Shown here: one piece after another, positions 48,740 to 58,127 of the stretch | How the letters are laid out: every line of letters starts with the position of its first letter | Position numbering within the stretch: the first letter of the stretch is position 1 | DNA from: Gemmatimonadales bacterium | Lineage (GTDB): Bacteria; Gemmatimonadota; Gemmatimonadetes; Gemmatimonadales; GWC2-71-9 | Direction of reading: 5' to 3' | Assembly (NCBI GenBank): GCA_025927545.1 | Contig: JAICLE010000005.1 | Coordinates: 720-64,719, forward strand | Length of the DNA stretch: 64,000 nt | Program-made: the position numbers and the translations under genes | Notes under the pieces: generated by a model | Databases searched by the model: none | Told to the model about the DNA's origin: nothing | Seen by the model: only the letters and a program-made list of their open reading frames with translations

Positions 48740-49531
48740 ATGCGGGGCAGGCATCTGATACTGGCGGCCGCCGCTGCGGCCATGGGGAGCGCCGGGGCAC
48801 CATCCCTGGCTGCCCAGACGGGCTTCAACGGCGTCATCACGTTCACGCAGGATCGCGACGGCAAGCCCGCCACATTCGTGCAAACCACCAAGGGTCGGAA
48901 GGTACGGCTGCAGGGCTTCGGCAGTGACTCCGGCGCGCTGATCGTCGATGGCGATGCCAAGGTCATGATGATGGTGAATCCGAAGGAGCAGCAGTACATG
49001 GTCATGACGGACGAGGATGCGAAGCAAATGGCCGCGATGGCGGAGCAGATGAAGGCGAAGCATGCGGAGGCGGACCGGGGTCAGATGAGCTTCACCAATA
49101 CGGGGCGCCGCGAGACGGTGGCCGGCGTACCGTGCGAGGTGTGGCACGGGACCTATTCGGGCGGTGAGAGCGACGAGAAGCGGGAGGGCGATGCCTGCAT
49201 GGCCAAGGGTGTCGGGTTCGCCCTGGCGGAGATCACCCTGGGCAATCCTATGCTGCAGCGCGGCGCTCCGGGCTGGTCGCAGATGCAGCAGTACCGTGAC
49301 CTGGTCGCCGGGGGCAAGGGCATCCTCAGGGCGACGACGACGAAGGACGGCAAGGTTACGACCGAGCTGGAGGCCACCAAGATCGAGCCGAAGGTGGTGA
49401 GTGACGACGCGTTCAAGCCGCCCGCCGGCTACAAGGAAATCCGGATGGGCGACATGATGCTGAAAGCGCAGAACGCGATGCAGGAAATGCGGGACAAGAT
49501 GAAGGCCAATCAAGGGAAGTCGCAGCCGTAG
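48740..49531 (+). CDS. Secreted DUF4412-like protein
   Basis: AAGGAG RBS, signal peptide, F.GVITF, TGRRETVAGVPCEVW, FKPPAGYKE. Confidence 0.8.
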   Translation: MRGRHLILAAAAAAMGSAGAPSLAAQTGFNGVITFTQDRDGKPATFVQTTKGRKVRLQGFGSDSGALIVDGDAKVMMMVNPKEQQYMVMTDEDAKQMAAMAEQMKAKHAEADRGQMSFTNTGRRETVAGVPCEVWHGTYSGGESDEKREGDACMAKGVGFALAEITLGNPMLQRGAPGWSQMQQYRDLVAGGKGILRATTTKDGKVTTELEATKIEPKVVSDDAFKPPAGYKEIRMGDMMLKAQNAMQEMRDKMKANQGKSQP

Positions 49532-49540
49532 CACCCGCAC

Positions 49541-49575
49541 GCCGGCCGGCCGCAATCGGAGCGCGGTCGGCCGGC
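49541..49575. terminator. GC-rich stem-loop between convergent transcription units
   Basis: GCCGGCCGGCCGC / GCGGTCGGCCGGC 13-bp stem with one GU pair. Confidence 0.55.
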
Positions 49576-49595
49576 CGTTCTACGCGTAAAGGTGA

Positions 49596-49623
49596 GCGAC
49601 GTATAAGATATGTTATGTTAAGT
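49596..49623 (+). other. dif site (XerC/XerD chromosome dimer resolution site)
   Basis: GCGACGTATAA-GATATG-TTATGTTAAGT versus E. coli GGTGCGCATAA-TGTATA-TTATGTTAAAT (XerD arm 10/11); located where gene orientation switches. Confidence 0.9.
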
Positions 49624-49628
49624 TCGCG

Positions 49629-49664
49629 TGCGGATATCTGTGGAGAACTGGGCGGTTCTCCACC
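49629..49664. promoter_or_regulatory. DnaA-box-like 9-mers / 9-bp inverted repeat next to dif
   Basis: TGCGGATAT (49629), TGTGGAGAA (49639), TTCTCCACC (49656); consensus TGTGGATAA/TTATCCACA. Confidence 0.45.
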
Positions 49665-49672
49665 CACCGCCG

Positions 49673-50548
49673 CTATTTCGTTGTGCAATTGGGAGTTACG
49701 GAAGCCGGTGCCGCAGGGTCGAAACCGTCGGCTTCCCAGACAGCGCGGAACACCAGCTTGCCTTGGCCGCCGAGCCAGACGTTTGAGGCCCGATCGCCGT
49801 TCAGATCGGCCTCGACCAGCAGGGGCTCCCCGCCCCGGCTTCTCAGAGTCACCGGGAGCGAGGCCTCGCCCCGGGCGGCCAGAAGCAGCCCGGCGGCCAC
49901 CGTGCCGGTGCCGCAGGCCAGCGTCTCGCCTTCGATGCCTCGCTCGTAAGTCCGGATCAACCACGGCTGGCCCGCGGGTCCGGGCGCCACGAAATTCACG
50001 TTGGCACCGGCAGCGCCGAGCCGCGGACTGAAGCGCAGGCTCCGCCCGCGGCCGAGCAGGTCGATCCGCTCGATGTCATCCACCCGGACGACCAGGTGCG
50101 GCACCCCGACCTGGGCGAACCCCATCCAGCGCTCGCCGGCGGCCGGCTCCAGTCCCTCGACCTCACGGGCGACCTCGAAGCCCGGCAGCCCGATTTCCGC
50201 CTGGTCGCCTCCCACGGGTGCGCGTGCGCGGACGACGCCGGCATCCGTGAGCAGGCAGAGCTCGCCCGGCGGGACGAGCTCCAGGTGGACGGCCAGCCGC
50301 GCGCTGCAGAGTGCCGCGTTGCCGCACATCGCCGCGCGCGAGCCGTCGGCGTTCCAGTACGTCATGCGGATCGCGCCGGGCCCCTCGGGCGTCAGGATCA
50401 CGAGGCCGTCCGCGCCCACGCCGGCGCGGCGGTCGCACAGCGCGGCCACCCGCGCGGCGGGCCACGCCTCGGGAACCGCCGAGCGGCCGTCGAGCAGGAC
50501 GAAGTCGTTGCCCGACCCCGTCATCTTGTGCACGATGGTTCCTCTCAC
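49673..50548 (-). CDS. dapF: Diaminopimelate epimerase
   Basis: KMTGSGNDF, GVGADG, NADGS.A.MCGN, GVPH, NVNF, RTYERGIEGETLACGTG; GTGA overlap start. Confidence 0.95.
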   Translation of the reverse strand: MRGTIVHKMTGSGNDFVLLDGRSAVPEAWPAARVAALCDRRAGVGADGLVILTPEGPGAIRMTYWNADGSRAAMCGNAALCSARLAVHLELVPPGELCLLTDAGVVRARAPVGGDQAEIGLPGFEVAREVEGLEPAAGERWMGFAQVGVPHLVVRVDDIERIDLLGRGRSLRFSPRLGAAGANVNFVAPGPAGQPWLIRTYERGIEGETLACGTGTVAAGLLLAARGEASLPVTLRSRGGEPLLVEADLNGDRASNVWLGGQGKLVFRAVWEADGFDPAAPASVTPNCTTK

Positions 50549-51264
50549 AATCTCCCCACCGTGGACTGCAGCCGGAGCCACCAGACCATCCAGATCGCCT
50601 CGCGCACGATGCGCTTGTTCATCTTGCTCTGGCCCTCCACCCGGTCGGTGAAAATGATCGGGATCTCGAGCAGGCGAAATCCCTTCTTCCACGCGCGGAA
50701 GCTCATCTCGATCTGGAAGGAGTAGCCGTTGGATCGCACCCGGTCGAGGTCGATGGCCTCGAGCACCTGCCGGCGGAAGCACTTGAACCCGCCGGTGGAA
50801 TCGGTGAGCGGAAGGCCGGTGACCCGCCGGGCGTACTCGTTGGCCCCCACGGAGAGCAACAGCCGTGCGATGGGCCAGTTGATCACGTTCACGCCATGGC
50901 GGTAGCGCGAACCGATGACCAGGTCGGCATTCTCGATCGCCCGCAGGAACTCGGGGAGAAACTTGGGGTCATGACTGAAGTCCGCGTCCATCTCGAATAT
51001 CAGATCGTACCCGCGCTCGAGCGCCCAGCGAAACCCCGCGATGTACGCCTTGCCCAGCCCCGCCTTCGCCGGCCGGTGCAGCACGTGCACCCGCGGCTCG
51101 ACTGCGCTCAGCTCGTCGGCCAGCCGGCCGGTACCATCGGGCGAGTTGTCGTCCACCACGAGTACCTCGAGCCGCGGATCCTGGTGGAGGATCTGGGGCA
51201 CGACGAGCGGCAGGTTCACCCGCTCGTTGTACGTGGGAATAACGACAAGGGCCCGCTCAGCCAT
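50545..51264 (-). CDS. Polyprenol monophosphomannose synthase-like GT2
   Basis: IPTYNE, VDDNSPDGTG, GLGKAY, EMDADFSHDP, DSTGGFKCF, GYSFQIE. Confidence 0.92.
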   Translation of the reverse strand: MAERALVVIPTYNERVNLPLVVPQILHQDPRLEVLVVDDNSPDGTGRLADELSAVEPRVHVLHRPAKAGLGKAYIAGFRWALERGYDLIFEMDADFSHDPKFLPEFLRAIENADLVIGSRYRHGVNVINWPIARLLLSVGANEYARRVTGLPLTDSTGGFKCFRRQVLEAIDLDRVRSNGYSFQIEMSFRAWKKGFRLLEIPIIFTDRVEGQSKMNKRIVREAIWMVWWLRLQSTVGRL

Positions 51265-53608
51265 CGGCGACTCTCCGCCGCCCGCGACGCCAGAGCGGCG
51301 CGGCCAGGAGCGCCGCGGTCGCGAGCAGCGCCACCAGGGTGACGAGCTTGCCCCTGGCGTAGGCGGAGGAGGCGAAGTGCAGCGTCACCTCGCGCGCGCC
51401 GGGCGGCAGCACCACGCTCAGGAGCGCGTGATCAGCCCGCAGGAGCGGCGCCGGCTTCCCGTCCACCGCTGCATGCCAGTCGGGATACCAGGTCTCGCCG
51501 ATCACGAGGTAGCTGGAGCTGTCGGCGGCGCCGTCCAGCCGGATCCGCATGTGCCCCGGCCCCCAGTCGGCCAGCGTAGCATGGACCGGCACGGGCGCAG
51601 GCACCTGCCCGCCCCGGATGGGCGCGGGGTGCACGGAGGCGGTGTCGGGGTAGAGCGCAATCCGGTTGTACGGGAATCGGGGATCGATCACCGTCGGGAT
51701 CACCTGATCGTCGGGCAGTTTGGCGGCGCCGGGCAGGACCCGGACGTAGGCGGGCAGCGAGTCGCGCTCGAGCAGGACAGCGGGCGAGCCGGGCGTGGTG
51801 GGAACGGGGCCGAGCACGTGGTGGTAGCCGGGCACGGCCTGCGCCTGGGGCAGCAGCAGGTACCGCACGGCGAGGAGGTCCAGCAGCGCCGGGCTCCCGG
51901 CATTGCGCCACTCCCCCTTCCCACCGAGGAGCTCGTCGTAGAAACGGACCTCGTTGCCATGGTAGCCGAGCATGGTCTGGATGTCGTGGGCCATGAGATA
52001 GGAGCCCTGATACACGCCGACGTCGAGCACGCGGAACGGTTTCCGCTCCGCGCGGAGCCGACTGGTGACCGCGTCGTCCGCGTAGATGACGGACGCGGGG
52101 TCGCGGAAATCGAAGAAGAGCCGATCGATGCTCCACATGTCGCCGACGACCACCGCGGCGAGTGCCGCGGCGGCGGCACCCGCTCCGATCCGGCCGCTCC
52201 ACACGGACCAGAGCGCTGCCCCGCCGATCAGCGTGACGAGCAGCAGCCGGAGCGCTCCCATCTGCAGCGCGGGTGCGTTGGCCGCCACCCGCGCGGCCTG
52301 GTCCGGGCCGGCGAGCACCACGGCAACCGATTGCAGCAGGCCGATCGCACCGAGCACCGCGATTGCGCCGAGCACCGCCACCGGCACGACGAGCGCCTTG
52401 CGCGACACCTCGCCGCGGAGGAGCCGGTCGGTCCCGAAGCCGGCGAATGCCGCGACCGGCAGCGCCACCAGGAAAAAGGCCATGCCGGGCGCGCGCACCT
52501 TCTTCATCATCGGCATCACCTCGTACCACGCATAATAGAATGGGGTGTGGCCGCCGAAGGAGACGAGCAGGAAGAGCACCGCGATCACACCAAGTGCCCG
52601 GACGGTGCGGCGCCGGGTCCGGTCGCCCAGGCCGAGCACTGCGAGCACCACCACGATGGCCCCGAGATACTCCGTGTGAAGCTTGAAGACGTTCCGTCCC
52701 CAATAGCTCTGCAGCACCCCGTTGAACTGCGGGAGGACCGTCGTGACGATCTCCTCGGGCGGCATCGAGAACAACACGGCGTAGTCCCAGCCCCCGCTGG
52801 GACCGCCCGCGGCCCGGGGCGAGTATGGGATGTACTGGAGGAACGGCAGCACCTGGATGGCCGCGATGGCCAGCCCGAGCAGCACGGCGCCGAAGGCAAG
52901 CGCCAGCTCGCGCCACCACACCAAGCCCACCGGCCGCTCCGGGTCGAAGAACACCAGATACACGGTCCAGACGGCCGCGCCCACCAGCAGGTAATAGGTC
53001 AACTGGTAATGCGGACTCAGCATGCAGAGTCCCACCACCAGCGCGAGCAGGCCGTAGCCCCACCACCGCCGGTCGCGCACCGCCGCGAGCAACGCCAGCA
53101 GCGCGAGTGGCGCCAGCGCCGAGACGAAGAGCTTGCCGTCGTGCCCCGGCTTGACCAGCGAGGCAACGATGCCGGTCAGCTCGTACGCCAGCCCGCCCAC
53201 CAGCGCGCCCGTCCAGCTCACGCGCAGCGCGCGCAACAGGGCGTACATGCACGCGCCCGCCAGCACGATGTGCGCGAAGAAACCGAGATTCATCGCGGTG
53301 TCGACCGGGAGAATCCAGCGCAGCCAGGCGGTCGGATAGAAGATGTCTCCGTGCTGCGCGGCGATGTACGGCAGGCCGCCGAACAGATAGGGGTTCCACT
53401 CGGGGATGTGGCCGGTCGCGCGGAACATCTCTGCGCCGAACAGGCGGAACCCGTAACCGGCGATGTACTGGTCATCGCCCAGCAGCCAGCGACCGGCCAG
53501 CATGGGCCAGCAGAGGGTGAGCGCGGCGAGGAGAAACACCGCCGTCGCGAGCAGCGCCGGGCGGCGGGGCTCGAACGGGACGCTCGAGGGGGACTCAGGG
53601 TGCGACAC
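51257..53608 (-). CDS. YfhO family multi-pass membrane glycosyltransferase (GT-C-like)
   Basis: WNPYLFGGLP, multiple TM helices, GYHGN, C-terminal YPDWHA.VDG...LPPG..EV; GTG start inferred. Confidence 0.85.
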   Translation of the reverse strand: MSHPESPSSVPFEPRRPALLATAVFLLAALTLCWPMLAGRWLLGDDQYIAGYGFRLFGAEMFRATGHIPEWNPYLFGGLPYIAAQHGDIFYPTAWLRWILPVDTAMNLGFFAHIVLAGACMYALLRALRVSWTGALVGGLAYELTGIVASLVKPGHDGKLFVSALAPLALLALLAAVRDRRWWGYGLLALVVGLCMLSPHYQLTYYLLVGAAVWTVYLVFFDPERPVGLVWWRELALAFGAVLLGLAIAAIQVLPFLQYIPYSPRAAGGPSGGWDYAVLFSMPPEEIVTTVLPQFNGVLQSYWGRNVFKLHTEYLGAIVVVLAVLGLGDRTRRRTVRALGVIAVLFLLVSFGGHTPFYYAWYEVMPMMKKVRAPGMAFFLVALPVAAFAGFGTDRLLRGEVSRKALVVPVAVLGAIAVLGAIGLLQSVAVVLAGPDQAARVAANAPALQMGALRLLLVTLIGGAALWSVWSGRIGAGAAAAALAAVVVGDMWSIDRLFFDFRDPASVIYADDAVTSRLRAERKPFRVLDVGVYQGSYLMAHDIQTMLGYHGNEVRFYDELLGGKGEWRNAGSPALLDLLAVRYLLLPQAQAVPGYHHVLGPVPTTPGSPAVLLERDSLPAYVRVLPGAAKLPDDQVIPTVIDPRFPYNRIALYPDTASVHPAPIRGGQVPAPVPVHATLADWGPGHMRIRLDGAADSSSYLVIGETWYPDWHAAVDGKPAPLLRADHALLSVVLPPGAREVTLHFASSAYARGKLVTLVALLATAALLAAPLWRRGRRRVADG

Positions 53609-54521
53609 GCGCTCTCCACCGGGTGAAGACGAGGAAGGGGACGGCCGCCCCGAACTCGGTGATCGTGAGCAGCAGCCGCGAGGCAACGGCCAGCGCCGTG
53701 GCCGCGCCGATGCCGAGGGGGCGCTGCAGCATGAGGATGAACAGCGCTTCCCGCACGCCCAGGCCCCCGGGGGCGAAGAGCGCCAGGAAGCCCGCGAGAT
53801 ACGACGCCGTGAACACGGCTACGGCGAGCCCGGGCTCGAGACCGGCCTCCGGCAGCAGTCCCCGGGCGAGCAGCCAGAGCGCCGCGCCGTAGCCAAGCCA
53901 CGCGATCACGTTGGCGGCGATCCCGATGCCGACGCCGGCCGCGGCCGGCGCGCCGCGTGCCTCCGCGTCGGGCGCGAGCAGGCGAAGCAGCCGGCGGAGG
54001 AACGGCGGCCAGAGGAGCAGCGCGATGCCGACGATGGAGCCCACCACGAGCAGGGCGAGCACGGCCCGGGCGCCGGGATGCGCCGCCTCGAGCGCCTCGC
54101 GGCCCGTCAGGCCGGCCACTGCGGCGCCGGTGCCGATCGCGAGCCCCTGCATCACCACGGCCGATCCGGTCGCCGCCCACGGCGGGACGCCGGCCCGCTG
54201 CGCCAGAATCGCCATGCCGGCCACCGCCCACACCTTCCCCGGGAGGTACTTCCCCAGGCTGGAGATCGTCCAGATGGCGCCGGCCGTCCAACCGTCGAGC
54301 CGCTGTCCCCAGCCGGCGAGCACGCCGCGCCAGGCGATGATCAGCACGCCGTACATCAGCCAGACGACCAGCGCGCTCAGCACGAGCCAGCCCGGCTCGA
54401 TGTGCCAGTCGAGCGGCTGCGAACGGAGCTCCTCCCAGTTCCGCACCAGGCTCCGCGCCGCAAACGCTACGATTGCGAGCCCCACGAGCCCGAGCAGCAC
54501 CCGCACCCATGGCCTACGCAC
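53595..54521 (-). CDS. Lysylphosphatidylglycerol synthase TM / flippase-like membrane protein
   Basis: SLGKYLPGKVW, APGGLGVRE, SRLLLT; multiple TM helices. Confidence 0.85.
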   Translation of the reverse strand: MRRPWVRVLLGLVGLAIVAFAARSLVRNWEELRSQPLDWHIEPGWLVLSALVVWLMYGVLIIAWRGVLAGWGQRLDGWTAGAIWTISSLGKYLPGKVWAVAGMAILAQRAGVPPWAATGSAVVMQGLAIGTGAAVAGLTGREALEAAHPGARAVLALLVVGSIVGIALLLWPPFLRRLLRLLAPDAEARGAPAAAGVGIGIAANVIAWLGYGAALWLLARGLLPEAGLEPGLAVAVFTASYLAGFLALFAPGGLGVREALFILMLQRPLGIGAATALAVASRLLLTITEFGAAVPFLVFTRWRARVAP

Positions 54522-55656
54522 CGAGCGCCTCGCGATACCACCCCTCGCACAACTCGGCCACGTGCGCGGGCGAGAGCCGCGCACGCCAGGATTCACCCAC
54601 CAGCCTGGCCGCCGCGAGGCGGTCGGGATCCTGGAGCAGATCCAGCGTGGCGTCGCTGAGTGCTTCGGGCGAGGGCAGCGTGAGGCGCCCAGCGCCTGAC
54701 TCCGGAACGACGTCGAGGAGCCCGCCGCCATCCCAGCACGCCACCACCGGCACCCCGGCCATCAGCGCCTCCGCGGCTGCGAGCCCGAAGCCCTCGCCTT
54801 GCGCGGGAAAGAACATCACGTCGGCGGTCGCCAGATGGGAGATCACCTGTCCCGGGGGCACCGCCCCCGCGAATCGGACGAACGACTCGATCCCGAGCCG
54901 CGCGGTCTGGTGCTCGAGTGCCGCGCGCTCGGGGCCGTCGCCGAGCACCGTGAGCGGCAGGCCGTGGCCGCACGAGGCCAGAAACGCGGTCGTCTCGAGC
55001 GCCAGCGAGATGCGCTTTTGCCTGGTGAGCCGCGCGACGACGATCGCCCCACCGCCGCCCGTGGTCCACGGCCAGGCACGGGTGTCTACCGGCATCGGAT
55101 GCACGTGGTCGGCGGTGATCGGGCGGCCGGTCGAGGTCTGGACCCAGCCCGCGAGCTCGCGTGAGACAGCGGTCACGACCCGGGCCCGGTGGAGCACCGG
55201 CCGGGCGAGCCGCCGCGCCAGCCGCGAGCGGCGGAGCAGCGCCGCATCGGTGCCGTGAATGGTGACCACCAGCGGCACCTCGGCCGGGGCCGCGAGGCCG
55301 GCCGGCACCCACCAGTGGGCGTGCACCAGGTCCGCACCGGCGGCGACCTCCTCGCGGGCTGCGCGCCGGAGGGCCCGCCAGAGGCTGGCGAGCGCGCGCC
55401 AACCGCCCGGCGCGCGGAGCGCGGACGCCATGGTGCCCCGGTACGCGAGCGACTCTCCCCGGGCCGATGCGTACCGCACCCGCCGCACGCGCACGCCGTC
55501 CACCTCCTCCTCCCCGCCCTGCCCCGCGTCGCTCGGCGCCACGACCCGCACTTCGAGCCCGCGCGCAACGAGCGCCGTGGCCAGAGTTGCCAGGAACGAT
55601 CCCGATAGATCGCCGGGCCAGCGGGGATAGTTGTGGGTCAGGAATACGACCCGCAC
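54514..55656 (-). CDS. Glycosyltransferase family 4
   Basis: THNYPR, VHAHWW, TIHGTD, GDGPER, EGFGLAAAEA (EX7E). Confidence 0.9.
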   Translation of the reverse strand: MRVVFLTHNYPRWPGDLSGSFLATLATALVARGLEVRVVAPSDAGQGGEEEVDGVRVRRVRYASARGESLAYRGTMASALRAPGGWRALASLWRALRRAAREEVAAGADLVHAHWWVPAGLAAPAEVPLVVTIHGTDAALLRRSRLARRLARPVLHRARVVTAVSRELAGWVQTSTGRPITADHVHPMPVDTRAWPWTTGGGGAIVVARLTRQKRISLALETTAFLASCGHGLPLTVLGDGPERAALEHQTARLGIESFVRFAGAVPPGQVISHLATADVMFFPAQGEGFGLAAAEALMAGVPVVACWDGGGLLDVVPESGAGRLTLPSPEALSDATLDLLQDPDRLAAARLVGESWRARLSPAHVAELCEGWYREALGA

Positions 55657-55659
55657 GGC

Positions 55660-56616
55660 TCAGTCCCGCGGGTCGGGCTTGTCCAGCCGATCGAGCGCGC
55701 GGGCGACCGCCCGCGTCTCCTCCTGGACCCCCGCGATCATCTCTCCCAGCAGCCCGAAGCCGAAGAGCACGATGCCGCTGATCACCATCGTCTCGACCAG
55801 GTTGAGCAGCGGGCGGAGGCCGATGCCGAAGCCGAAGCGCAGCACCAGTGCGACGACTCCCGCCAGGAGACCGATGACGAACAGCGTGGCCCCGCCGATG
55901 CCGAAGAACAGCATCGGCTTCCGGCCGAATCGGAGCTGGAACCAGACGCTGAGCAGATCGAACATCCCTACCGGAATCCGGCGCCAGCCGAATTTGGAGA
56001 CGCCGGCGCGGCGGGGGTGGAGCGGCACGGGCAGCGAGTCGAGGCGGAAACCGTCCGCCGCGGCGATCACCACCATGTATCGGTGCCAGTCGGGCCGGAG
56101 CGGGACCCCCTGCATCACCTCGCGCCGGTACGCCTTGACGGAGTTGAGGTCGGTCACCCGCACGCCGAACAGCCAGCGGCACAGGGTATTGTAGACCCGG
56201 CTCACGAATGCCTTCTCGTACTTCCCCTGCTTCGTGCCGGTGACGATGTCGGCGCGGCCGGCGAGGATCGGTGCGACGAGCCCGGGGATGTCCTCGGGGA
56301 GATACTGCAGATCGGCCGGGTAGAAGACGAACACGTCGCCCCGGGCCACCTCGCCCGCGGAGCGGAGCGCGTCGGCGATGCCGCGCTGCCGGCGGTGAGT
56401 GACGACGCGCAGAAACGGGTAGGTCCGCTCCAGCTCGCGTAGCACCCGCGCGGTTTCATCGCGCGAGCCGTCGTCGACGACCACCACCTCGAACGAGAAC
56501 GCCGCCGGCGAGAGTGCCTCGCCGCACAGCCGGAGAAACTCGGGGAGGTTCTCCGCCTCGTCCTTGGCCGGCACCAGGACGCTGACGTCCAGCGTCTCGG
56601 CCGCCGCACCAGTCAT
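55660..56616 (-). CDS. Glycosyltransferase family 2 (ArnC/GtrB-like, two C-terminal TM helices)
   Basis: SVLVPAKDE, VDDGSRD, ADLQY, R.AGVSKF, KPMLFFG. Confidence 0.9.
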   Translation of the reverse strand: MTGAAAETLDVSVLVPAKDEAENLPEFLRLCGEALSPAAFSFEVVVVDDGSRDETARVLRELERTYPFLRVVTHRRQRGIADALRSAGEVARGDVFVFYPADLQYLPEDIPGLVAPILAGRADIVTGTKQGKYEKAFVSRVYNTLCRWLFGVRVTDLNSVKAYRREVMQGVPLRPDWHRYMVVIAAADGFRLDSLPVPLHPRRAGVSKFGWRRIPVGMFDLLSVWFQLRFGRKPMLFFGIGGATLFVIGLLAGVVALVLRFGFGIGLRPLLNLVETMVISGIVLFGFGLLGEMIAGVQEETRAVARALDRLDKPDPRD

Positions 56617-58127
56617 ACCCGCTTCCGCATGCGCGCCGGCAGGATGCCGAGTTGGTCGCGGTACTTGGCCACCGTGCGCCGGGCGATCTGGATGCCCTGC
56701 TCCTGGAACAGATGCACGATCTGCTGGTCCGTGAGCGGCTTCGCGCTGTCCTCTTCGCCCACCATCTTCTGCAGCTTGGCGCGGATGGAGCGGGCGCTGG
56801 CGTCCTCACCCGACGCGGTGGCGAGCGCGCTCGAGAAGAAGAACTTGAGCGGGAGCACCCCGCGGGGGGTTTGCACGTACTTCTCGTTGGTTACGCGGCT
56901 GACGGTGGACTCGTGCATGTTGATCACCTCCGCCACCTCCCGCAGGGTGAGCGGCCGGAGATGCTCGATCCCCTTCTCGAAGAAATCGCGCTGCCGGTCC
57001 ACGATGAAGTTCATGACCTTGAGCATGGTCTGCCGGCGCTGCTCGATGGCCTGGATCATCCAGTTGGCGCTGTTCATCTTCGACGCGATGAACTCGCGGT
57101 TCTCGGGGGTCATCTTCTTCTTGTCGCGCGCGATCTCCTGGTAGGAGCGGCTGAGGCGCAGGCGGGGCATCCCGGTGTCGTTGAGGAACACCTGGTAGCG
57201 GGTGCCGATCTTTTCCACGATCAAATCGGGGATGATGTAGCCGTCGCTCTGGCTGGCGTGCTTGAGCCCGGGCTTGGGATCGAGCCGGGCCAGCTCGTCG
57301 GCCGCGGCCTGCACCGCCACGGGCTCCACGCCGAACCGCTTGGCCAGATCGTTCCACCGGTGCGCGATGAGGTCCTGGAAGGCATCGTGCACCAGGCGAT
57401 AGGTAAGCGAGGTGACGTCGGCCTGCTCGCCGAGCTGAATGAGGAGGCACTCGCGCAGGTCCCGCGCCCCGATGCCGGGCGGGTCGAGGCGCTGGATGAT
57501 GGCCAGCATCTCCTCGGCCTCGGGCAGCGTGTAGAAGGCGGGCGAGGCGGCGTCGATGCCGGCCGGCGCGGCCGGCGCCGCGGTATCGTCCTCGGCATCG
57601 GACTCGTCCTCCGCCTCGGGTTCGCCCTCGACATGTCCTTCGACCAGGTGATTGACCGAGCCGAGGATCTCCTCCAGCGATGCCGCCAGGTACCCCTCGT
57701 CATTGATGTTGCCGAGGAACTCCTCGGCGAGGAGGAGCTGGCGGGGCGTCAGCGTCAGCATCTGGAGCTGCTCCCGCAGGTAGTCGATCAGGTCCTTGGT
57801 CTCGACCGTCACGGGCTCGGTGTACTCGAGCTGCTCGTACTGCTCCCGCGTGCCGCCGACCTCGAAGCCGTTGAGGAGGATCTCCTCCCAGTCCATCTCC
57901 TCCTCTTTTTCCTTCTGTTCCTTCTCCTGCTCGGCGTCCTTCTGCTCCGGCGCCTCCTCCTCCTCGGGCTCCAGCAGCTCCAGGAACGGGTTGACCAGCA
58001 GCTCCTGCTTCAGGTGCTGCTGGAGGTCCATCATGGGCATGTAGAGCATGTCCATGGCCTGGTAGAGCCGCGGGTTGACGCGCAGCTCCTGCCGCATGCT
58101 GGTGTGCTGGGAGAGTCCCGTTCTCAT
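56613..58127 (-). CDS. rpoN: RNA polymerase sigma-54 factor
   Basis: NPFLE, DPPGIGARDLRECL, LDPKPG, HESTVSR, RpoN box ARRTVAKYR. Confidence 0.97.
   Translation of the reverse strand: MRTGLSQHTSMRQELRVNPRLYQAMDMLYMPMMDLQQHLKQELLVNPFLELLEPEEEEAPEQKDAEQEKEQKEKEEEMDWEEILLNGFEVGGTREQYEQLEYTEPVTVETKDLIDYLREQLQMLTLTPRQLLLAEEFLGNINDEGYLAASLEEILGSVNHLVEGHVEGEPEAEDESDAEDDTAAPAAPAGIDAASPAFYTLPEAEEMLAIIQRLDPPGIGARDLRECLLIQLGEQADVTSLTYRLVHDAFQDLIAHRWNDLAKRFGVEPVAVQAAADELARLDPKPGLKHASQSDGYIIPDLIVEKIGTRYQVFLNDTGMPRLRLSRSYQEIARDKKKMTPENREFIASKMNSANWMIQAIEQRRQTMLKVMNFIVDRQRDFFEKGIEHLRPLTLREVAEVINMHESTVSRVTNEKYVQTPRGVLPLKFFFSSALATASGEDASARSIRAKLQKMVGEEDSAKPLTDQQIVHLFQEQGIQIARRTVAKYRDQLGILPARMRKRV

Noticed and set aside
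48009-49595. Element integrated at tRNA-Arg or at dif (IMEX-type)
   Set aside because: No tRNA 3' duplication, second dif-like site, or phage/replication genes were seen.
49596-49690. oriC interpretation of the AT-rich stretch plus DnaA-like boxes
   Set aside because: Genes converge rather than diverge here, the AT-rich part is explained by dif, and there is no DnaA-trio run or dnaA/dnaN nearby.
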